A DNA stretch of 24,329 nt. It comes from a virus (taxonomy: Duplodnaviria; Caudoviricetes). Positions 17,750 to 24,329 of the stretch are shown in pieces (the stretch's first letter is position 1; each line of letters opens with the position of its first letter). Position numbers and translations under genes: made by a program. The notes beneath the pieces are model-generated. The model ran no database searches. It saw only the letters and a program-made list of their open reading frames with translations, and was not told the DNA's origin. The stretch is taken from the IMG/VR virus record IMGVR_UViG_3300023197_000015, positions 1 to 24,329 of that record, one strand, 5' to 3'.

Positions 17750-18151
17750 ATGGGCGCTATTTTACTTGATAATGACGGAGATTTTCCGAAGCATCCGACC
17801 ATTACCGATCGGCTTGATCCTCGGTTAATCGCACAGCGAGTGCAATTTGCCGTTTCATTGTTCCGCGAAGAATGGATGCTTAATCAAAATACGGGTGTTC
17901 CGTGGCTACGATGGCTCCAAGAGACGCCTCCGCCTTTAGTAGAAATGGAAAATTTTTTAGCAACGGAGATGGATCAAGTTCCCGGGGTTGCCGCAGTGTT
18001 GTCGATAGATTCATCGTTTGTCGATGAAGTCATTACAATCGAAGCTCGACTTCAGACTGTAAAACAAAACGAATTTGGGCTTGATTTTGAACTTCGTCAG
18101 AGCACGGAAAACCACCCGATTACGTCGACCAACGCATACCTTCTTCCCTAG
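17750..18151 (+). CDS. Sheath-initiator/gp25-like baseplate protein
   Basis: IAQRV..LFREEWMLNQNTGVPW and VPGV motifs. Confidence 0.8.
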   Translation: MGAILLDNDGDFPKHPTITDRLDPRLIAQRVQFAVSLFREEWMLNQNTGVPWLRWLQETPPPLVEMENFLATEMDQVPGVAAVLSIDSSFVDEVITIEARLQTVKQNEFGLDFELRQSTENHPITSTNAYLLP

Positions 18152-18154
18152 ATT

Positions 18155-19708
18155 ATGCCTTTTACTGGACTTACAGAAGACGGTCTTGAAGTTCCAACCG
18201 GGAACGAATGGCTGCAATTTATTCGGGAATCAATCAACGATCGCGCCGATGAAGATTTACCGTTTACCGAGAATGATCTTCTCGGATCTCTTACGGTAGA
18301 AATGGCTTTTCGTTTGGCGCAACTCTCCGGTGCATTAAAGGCAGTAGACAATCAACGGTCGGTCCAAACGGCAAGCGGGGCACACCTTGAAGATTTGACG
18401 AGTATTGTCGGAGTCGACAGACAGCCGGGCCGTCCTTCTCGTGTGTCTCCGCAACGATTGATTGGCGATTTTCGGAAAGTAATTGATGCCGGTACGCGGC
18501 TTAAGGGGGGAGGCCCGGACGATGAGCTGATTTGGCAAACCCAAAAGGAAGTTGAACTCGGGTTGGATATCAGCCCAAGAGAGACAGTTTCCGAGTTGGA
18601 TACGGGACTGTACGAACTTGATTTGATCATCGACAATCGAAGAATCACTCTTTCAACCAATTTGACCAATGCGGGAGATTCAAAAGAATTGTTGGATGCG
18701 TTTCAACAGCAGATTCAGTTATCTCGATCTGCGGGTATGTTGTCAACGGAGCTTCGATCATGGACCACTCGCAAACAATCTGGATCGTATCATGATGATT
18801 TGAGCTACGCACTTGTTGTTCGATCGACCAAAGGGTTTGATCTTGAATACATTGTGCAATCCGACCCGAACAGTGGGGCAAATACCGGTATTCAAGGGGA
18901 TCGCATACAAAAAGGAGCTGCATATACCTCGATCGAAGCAACAGAAAACGGACCATACACTGCAAATTTCGGCCAAATCGATAGCATCATAGACAATGTT
19001 TCCGGATTGGATACAACAGAAAATCTTGTGAAACCGGCTGTGGGGACGTTTGTCGATAGTGATCGGGATCTTCGACAAGCCCACGGGCAACGGCTTCAAA
19101 GAAATGCCACGGCTTCGGCAGATTCCATTCGAGCACAAGTCCAAGAATTAAACGTATTGGAATCTGCTCTTGTCATTGAAAACGATGTAGACAATTCCCG
19201 AACTGTAAATGGTATGGAGCTTGCTCCATCGTCCATTGGTGTTGTGGTATGGCCGGACGGACTTTCGTCTTCAGATTTGGATGAAATTGCTTCTGTTATT
19301 TACGACAACCTTGCCCACGGCATCGAAACAACGGAGGATACAACGAACTTCGTACCTAGTGATCGATTGAAACGGACCGTTGAAACAAGTGGTCAGACAA
19401 CGAAAGATATTTTCTTCCATTACGCACAAAGAGAATCCACAGACATCACGATTACTGCGGAAATTGAACAACAGTTTTCCCGATCGGATCTTCGAACGCG
19501 CATCGAACAGTCCATTTCTTCATATTTCGCTTCATTAGACGTAGGAGAGGATGTTCGACGCCTGGAGCTGTTCGGGACAATTGACGATATTCCTCCAGTT
19601 CGGGGGGTATCTCGGCTCGAAGTGGATGGGGGCAGTTCTGATAAATCGATCGATGCCATATCGATTGCATTTCTAAACAATATAAATTTCGTCTTGAATT
19701 ATCCATAA
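18155..19708 (+). CDS. Baseplate J/Mu gp47-like wedge protein with internal insertion
   Basis: GLTEDG, TASGAHLEDL..GVDR, IEATENGP, DSDRDLR, VIEND and LDVGEDV motifs. Confidence 0.9.
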   Translation: MPFTGLTEDGLEVPTGNEWLQFIRESINDRADEDLPFTENDLLGSLTVEMAFRLAQLSGALKAVDNQRSVQTASGAHLEDLTSIVGVDRQPGRPSRVSPQRLIGDFRKVIDAGTRLKGGGPDDELIWQTQKEVELGLDISPRETVSELDTGLYELDLIIDNRRITLSTNLTNAGDSKELLDAFQQQIQLSRSAGMLSTELRSWTTRKQSGSYHDDLSYALVVRSTKGFDLEYIVQSDPNSGANTGIQGDRIQKGAAYTSIEATENGPYTANFGQIDSIIDNVSGLDTTENLVKPAVGTFVDSDRDLRQAHGQRLQRNATASADSIRAQVQELNVLESALVIENDVDNSRTVNGMELAPSSIGVVVWPDGLSSSDLDEIASVIYDNLAHGIETTEDTTNFVPSDRLKRTVETSGQTTKDIFFHYAQRESTDITITAEIEQQFSRSDLRTRIEQSISSYFASLDVGEDVRRLELFGTIDDIPPVRGVSRLEVDGGSSDKSIDAISIAFLNNINFVLNYP

Positions 19709-19712
19709 ATCT

Positions 19713-20270
19713 ATGGACGAATTTCCAATCGAACACCGAACGGATATTGCGGAGGATATCGAACAAAGTTTGCCGTCCCGCCATCGTCACCAAGATCGTT
19801 TTCTTGCGATCATGAAGGGCTTTGGTGATGCTGTACAAGAATTGGAAACGTTGGTTTATAACTATCTTGTCAGTACATCTTTTCAGCTTGCGACAGGACC
19901 GCAGTTGGACAAATGGGGCCAACTTGTCCAAGAACCTCGCGGACCATTTGACGACAAAACGTATCGAGAACTGATTCAAACACGGGCGTTGATCAATGTA
20001 TCTGGTCATACGATCGATGAAATTATTGAAATTTATCGTCGATCGACGTCTGCTCAAAAAGTGTACTACTACGATCACTTTCCGGCCGGATTTCGTGTAG
20101 AAGCGCTGCGTGCAGAGTTCATGAGTGATGCCCGTAAAGGACGTGTTCGTCGCCACATGGACCTTGCGACAAACGGCGGAGTAGACTACACTTTAGTCGA
20201 AACACGTCTCGGAGATTTACGATTCGGGACCAATTCTTTGAACGCGTCTATGTCTCGAACACTAAATTAA
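19713..20270 (+). CDS. Baseplate wedge protein (DUF2612/P2 gpI-like)
   Basis: ATGPQLDKWGQLVQEPR and DDKTYRELI motifs. Confidence 0.85.
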   Translation: MDEFPIEHRTDIAEDIEQSLPSRHRHQDRFLAIMKGFGDAVQELETLVYNYLVSTSFQLATGPQLDKWGQLVQEPRGPFDDKTYRELIQTRALINVSGHTIDEIIEIYRRSTSAQKVYYYDHFPAGFRVEALRAEFMSDARKGRVRRHMDLATNGGVDYTLVETRLGDLRFGTNSLNASMSRTLN

Positions 20271-20271
20271 T

Positions 20272-21312
20272 ATGGCAAATCCACCTTCCAGACCACCCGG
20301 AGCATCGTCAAGACCCCAAGAATGGGCGGAAAATGCACCGACTTCCGAAGTTTCGGAGCCTTCTGCGGAACGAGGCCGGGGATTTCAAGAGGGACAGACA
20401 CTTCCGCATGATCAGACGAACTGGTTGATTCGCGAGCTATTTCGCTGGATCGACTATTTTGACGAGCAGTTTAACACCTCTTTGGGCAAACTCGATATTC
20501 GTGATTCGATCGGGGCTTATCTTGATACACAAGATGAAATCAACATAACGGGATCGGCCGGAACATTTGGAGAGTCTGATTGGAATGATATTCAATTTGA
20601 AGGAATTAACGATACATCTGTGTTAATCTCCGATGTATTGTCACCAGATCTAGGAATATTGGTAGGAGACTCTAGCGGGTCCTATGGAATCGATGTTCGC
20701 TCCCCGTCCAGCCCTCAAACACAAGGATCTGGGTCGCTTATTGCTGATAAGCTAGAAGGAACTACTAGAGTCGAAGGCACCGTTGTTAACGGAACTGCGA
20801 AAGTTACTACAAATACTACTGAAACGGATTTTATTCAAGGATTTGGATCAGGGGTAGATGTATTAGATTCTAATCAGAACGACGGGGATCTCACGTCGGG
20901 GACAGTTGAAGCATTCACCAAATTGATCGCCGAGAAAATCGAAGTATCTAATAATGCTAACCACGTTATCGTTGTCGATGCCAACGGCAACCTCGAGAAT
21001 GTACGTGCCCTGAATACTGCGAAGGCCTGGGCGCGGATCGACGAATCGTCCGGGTCCTATTCAGTCGGCGCCGGGCACGGAATCTCGAGCGCGTCGGGTA
21101 CCGGGACGTCCGGGGAAGTGGACTTGACGCTCGCCCAGGACATGTCCTCTTCGGGCGATTTTGCTGCAACCGGGTCGATCAAGGGAAATCTCGGAGCAGA
21201 AATCAATTTCATTCCGAACGATGCCTCTACCGTCCGGACCGAAATCACAGCGGACGATGGGACGCGCGTCGACGATACGTTTTACGTCATCATCTATTAC
21301 GATACCCCGTAA
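20272..21312 (+). CDS. Tail fibre protein
   Basis: N-terminal baseplate anchor (EWA..EPS..GF..NWLIRELFRWIDY), G/S/T-rich middle, C-terminal AKAWARI beta domain. Confidence 0.75.
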   Translation: MANPPSRPPGASSRPQEWAENAPTSEVSEPSAERGRGFQEGQTLPHDQTNWLIRELFRWIDYFDEQFNTSLGKLDIRDSIGAYLDTQDEINITGSAGTFGESDWNDIQFEGINDTSVLISDVLSPDLGILVGDSSGSYGIDVRSPSSPQTQGSGSLIADKLEGTTRVEGTVVNGTAKVTTNTTETDFIQGFGSGVDVLDSNQNDGDLTSGTVEAFTKLIAEKIEVSNNANHVIVVDANGNLENVRALNTAKAWARIDESSGSYSVGAGHGISSASGTGTSGEVDLTLAQDMSSSGDFAATGSIKGNLGAEINFIPNDASTVRTEITADDGTRVDDTFYVIIYYDTP

Positions 21313-21314
21313 TC

Positions 21315-22358
21315 ATGGCTTCTGGATCATTTCAAAATGCAACGGAACTCGCGGTAGAGGCGTGGGGACGAGATCCGAAATGGGAGACACAGGAAGATGA
21401 TCCAACCGGTGCTCCCCATGCAAACGACGGGGAAGCTCTTCAAAATGCGCCCGTTTCTCGAATTGACGTCAAGATGAGAGAAAATCTACGACGTCGAACG
21501 GCTCGCATTACACTTGGAAGTGATTTCGACGAAACGGCATCAAATACATATACGATCGATGTCCGCCAACAGACGGCTTCGTATACATACAACGGTCTTT
21601 CTTCGTCGAATTCGACGACTCGTGACGAGGCCATAGACGAAATTCTGAAAAACCTCCAACAGAGCGTCAATCAACTGAAAGAAGATGTTCGTGCCTACAC
21701 ACAAGATCCAGATAACGACAATGAAGCAGAGACACTTGTCATCGAATCTGCGTATACCATCATCGAGGTTGTTGGCGCACAGGCCCAAGACTACACCATT
21801 GATATTGGGGAGCAGAGTATTAGCTATACGGCCGCAGCAGGCGATACGCTCGGAGACATCATGGACGAGTTGGCAGGACAAGTGAATCAAAACATCCCGT
21901 TTGCCAAAGCATTCCGTTTGGATACGGAACAAGATCAAGATGATGACGATATTGGAGATGGTTCTGTTGATTTGATTGCACTGTCCTCGATCAATCACGG
22001 CGATTTGAATGTTTCTGTGGACGCAAGCTCCAATTCGTCCGATATTGATGTATTGACACACGGATACGAAGCTGCCAATCCGCATATCTCTTTGAACAAT
22101 CAAACGGGTCTACCTGGATTTAACATTGATTTGGATGCCGCTCGATTGGATGCGGTTCGATTTTACGGCCGTCTTTCCGTCGGTGAATCCGATCCCCCTG
22201 GAGGTTGGCGGCTTATCCAAGAATGGACCGATATCTCTTATCGAGGATTGACCAAAATTGTTCGAACAGGTGGACTGGAAAAAGGATATGTGGAAGTAGT
22301 TCAGCGCGGCGGCGGTTCGATCCGAAGCATTAAAATTGGTCCTTCGACCCTTGAATGA
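21315..22358 (+). CDS. Acidic putative virion protein with two repeated internal domains
   Basis: Coupled to the fibre gene; two YTID(V/I)..(A/I)SYT..I...L...VNQ repeats. Confidence 0.75.
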   Translation: MASGSFQNATELAVEAWGRDPKWETQEDDPTGAPHANDGEALQNAPVSRIDVKMRENLRRRTARITLGSDFDETASNTYTIDVRQQTASYTYNGLSSSNSTTRDEAIDEILKNLQQSVNQLKEDVRAYTQDPDNDNEAETLVIESAYTIIEVVGAQAQDYTIDIGEQSISYTAAAGDTLGDIMDELAGQVNQNIPFAKAFRLDTEQDQDDDDIGDGSVDLIALSSINHGDLNVSVDASSNSSDIDVLTHGYEAANPHISLNNQTGLPGFNIDLDAARLDAVRFYGRLSVGESDPPGGWRLIQEWTDISYRGLTKIVRTGGLEKGYVEVVQRGGGSIRSIKIGPSTLE

Positions 22359-22361
22359 TTC

Positions 22362-22727
22362 ATGATTCACCATTTCGAACATGACAATGGATTCCGCGCA
22401 TTTACGAGCGGTGAATCATTGCCGGCAAACGGAGAACTCACGGTCCCTCTTCGAAAGATTCAAGAAGATTTATTGATCTTTTTTGTCGAAGAGACCAGCA
22501 ATGCTCCGTCCGGCTACACCATTGCACTTCGAATTTTCGAAACAGAACGACGAGCCAATCAAATTGGCACAGATTTCGATGTCCAAACAGGACAAACGGG
22601 AGTTGCTCAAAATACGGTGGATCTCCCGGCAGGGTTTGTTATATTTGTAGTGAAAAACGAAGACAATGCGAATCCCGGATCTGTTGATTTTTCAATTCGT
22701 GTGACAGGGAGAACATCCGATCGATGA
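22362..22727 (+). CDS. Hypothetical beta-rich protein
   Basis: In operon, 3 nt after the previous stop; alternating hydrophobic pattern. Confidence 0.7.
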   Translation: MIHHFEHDNGFRAFTSGESLPANGELTVPLRKIQEDLLIFFVEETSNAPSGYTIALRIFETERRANQIGTDFDVQTGQTGVAQNTVDLPAGFVIFVVKNEDNANPGSVDFSIRVTGRTSDR

Positions 22728-22912
22728 CAAACCCAAGAAACATTGTTCATTCCAAGAGAGTTCGAACAGTTACCATTGGGGCAGCATCGGTATTTCCTAC
22801 CACAGCTGCGACGCAAAATGGATGGACTCTTGCGGTTCCTGAACGGATCGGAACTACCCAAGATGTCGGCACGGATTGGGATGGGACGAATTTGTCTGTA
22901 CTTTCTGCTTAA
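22724..22912 (+). CDS. Small hypothetical protein (62 aa)
   Basis: ATGA overlap with the upstream gene and GGGAG upstream; fills the gap. Confidence 0.6.
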   Translation: MTNPRNIVHSKRVRTVTIGAASVFPTTAATQNGWTLAVPERIGTTQDVGTDWDGTNLSVLSA

Positions 22913-22927
22913 TACCGGAGTGTTTTC

Positions 22928-23776
22928 ATGTTTCTGCCCGATTCATACGTACTGACTTCAAATTCTGTGTCTGGTGCGGCATACGTAGATCGCATCAATG
23001 ACCACATTCAAAATACATCTACAAAATTCAACCACAACAATACCGTCGACGATACCAACAATTCTGGAGATATTGGTGTAGCATTTTCCATGATCAATGA
23101 TACCTGGGATGCGGCCGTATTCTGGGACAGCAGTGCATCGCGTATCAAAGCATGGATCGATCCGACAAACGCCATTACCAATCCAATTGATCCCTCTTCT
23201 GGATCAACCGACGCAAGTCCTGCCGTCGAGATTGGAGCGGACGACGGAACAAACGTCGGAGACGGCGATACATACCAAACAGAATTCTTGTGGGCAGAAT
23301 ATGATGACGGATTTGTTTTGATCCAAAAAGGCGATGTTGCAGGCGAAGACATTCAAGTCGTAGGGACCGTAGGTCGAACCTATCAGCCGTTTTTTACAGA
23401 TGATGCCTCTCAAAACCTAGACGGTTTGTCGATTGTGGCATTTAATGGAACGAACTTTAACATTCATGTATCCACTGCACGGCTTGGATCATCGAATTGG
23501 GCCTCCCCAGCAAGCGTGGTGGGTCGGCCGAATGAAGTTACAGATCCTCTATCAAATGGCCGGGTTCGACCTGTTCCGTATGTTCTGAAAGACAGTTCAG
23601 GATCGAACCAGTGGCTCGGCCCCATGAAATGGGCGTATGCAGAACGAGCCGGGCGGGCAAATTTAGATCGAATTGAAGATTCAAACGGGACTGGAGGGCT
23701 TTTGATCTGTACGTCAAGTGGAGCAGGTGGGTTCCCGTTTGCAACGCCCTGGGACCCTTCCACGACTCCAACGTAA
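22928..23776 (+). CDS. Hypothetical D/S/T/G-rich protein, probably tail-associated
   Basis: GGAG 7 nt before ATG; 282-aa ORF in the operon. Confidence 0.75.
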   Translation: MFLPDSYVLTSNSVSGAAYVDRINDHIQNTSTKFNHNNTVDDTNNSGDIGVAFSMINDTWDAAVFWDSSASRIKAWIDPTNAITNPIDPSSGSTDASPAVEIGADDGTNVGDGDTYQTEFLWAEYDDGFVLIQKGDVAGEDIQVVGTVGRTYQPFFTDDASQNLDGLSIVAFNGTNFNIHVSTARLGSSNWASPASVVGRPNEVTDPLSNGRVRPVPYVLKDSSGSNQWLGPMKWAYAERAGRANLDRIEDSNGTGGLLICTSSGAGGFPFATPWDPSTTPT

Positions 23777-23793
23777 TCCAATAGGAACAGGCT

Positions 23794-24329
23794 ATGTTTG
23801 AAGAGATTGTCGGATCACTCACAATGAATGCGGACGATCCCGCGACGCGCATCCCAATCGAAGAAGTGATGGCGGATGTTGCGTCGGGACATGTCTACTA
23901 CGTCTTCCGAGGCACCCGTACTCGTGACGTCGAAGTCGTCTCCGCCGCCGATCAGGATGAAGGGCTCACCATTCCGGCGGGTGTGCCATGGGTATCCGGG
24001 CCGTGGCGGGCGAAGTTCGACGGAGTCGGCCAGAATATTGAAGGCAACTTCCAATTCCTCCGAGCACCGTCGACGACCTCGTGCGACGTGCTGGTCGTGC
24101 GCGGGGAGGGGAGTGCATTCGTCAACAAGTCATTGTCGTCGCAGAGTGTCGGGACGACGCAGGTGAGCGGCAATCCGATGGTGAGCGCCGGGTCGCAGAT
24201 TATGACGCCGGGAAACTCCACGAAGATCGACGTGCAACCTGCATCGCAGGGCAGTGTCACAAAAGGCAAGTGCGAGGTCACGTATATCAATCACGGGACC
24301 GAACAAGCGTGGGTCAACGAACAAGGTGT
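23794..24329 (+). CDS. Hypothetical protein, truncated by the window end
   Basis: ATG 23794 after AGGA; open for 178 codons (MFEEIVGSLTMNADDPATRIPIEEVM...NHGTEQAWVNEQG). Absent from the ORF track because no stop is reached. Confidence 0.8.
   Translation, partial: MFEEIVGSLTMNADDPATRIPIEEVMADVASGHVYYVFRGTRTRDVEVVSAADQDEGLTIPAGVPWVSGPWRAKFDGVGQNIEGNFQFLRAPSTTSCDVLVVRGEGSAFVNKSLSSQSVGTTQVSGNPMVSAGSQIMTPGNSTKIDVQPASQGSVTKGKCEVTYINHGTEQAWVNEQG

Larger units (their letters stand above)
1..24329 (+). mobile_element. Myovirus-type tailed virus: packaging, head, contractile tail and baseplate module (partial genome)
   Basis: About 30 tightly packed co-oriented ORFs in canonical terS-terL-portal-protease-capsid-connector-sheath-tube-TAC-TMP-baseplate-fibre order. 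No host genes or integrase, so prophage versus free virus cannot be decided. Confidence 0.96.

Noticed and set aside
17744-18157. Stop-codon reassignment or readthrough suggested by in-frame junctions (also 8223/8227, 9840/9847, 22358/22362)
   Set aside because: TAA, TAG and TGA all occur at such junctions, each ends a complete recognisable protein, and no conserved gene is interrupted.
10803-20270. Standalone tailocin or contractile injection system
   Set aside because: Terminase, portal and capsid genes are intact in the same operon.
22724-23776. Single gene split by TAA 22910 (both ORFs share a frame)
   Set aside because: The downstream ATG has its own GGAG RBS, and a shared frame occurs one time in three by chance.
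20272-24329. Diversity-generating retroelement or invertible fibre cassette
   Set aside because: No template/variable repeat pair, reverse transcriptase, invertase or inverted gene is visible in this window.

Overview
The window is one + strand late (virion) operon of a contractile-tailed dsDNA virus (myovirus), preceded by a non-coding 56-bp tandem repeat array at 1-291. Gene order: terS, terL, DUF1073-type portal, DUF2213-type prohead protease/scaffold, decoration protein, DUF2184-type major capsid, head-tail connector genes, short DUF3383-type sheath, tube, tail assembly chaperone, tape measure, baseplate (Dit-like, hub, Gp138 spike, gp25-like, J-like, DUF2612-like), a short tail fibre and several acidic beta-rich proteins, the last running off the window. 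Proteins are very D/E-rich, pointing to a salt-in halophilic host. No host, integrase, lysis, tRNA or CRISPR sequence is visible. Family names come from motif recognition and synteny, not database searches. Items not in the ORF track: a -1 frameshift extension of the tail chaperone (12972-13270), a nested in-frame scaffold start (5018), a ChaB-like domain fused to the portal, an (HhH)2 protein in the connector module, one small insertion domain reused in three virion proteins, a palindrome/GATC-bearing repeat array plus GC knot before terS, and apparent absence of GGATCC despite abundant GATC.
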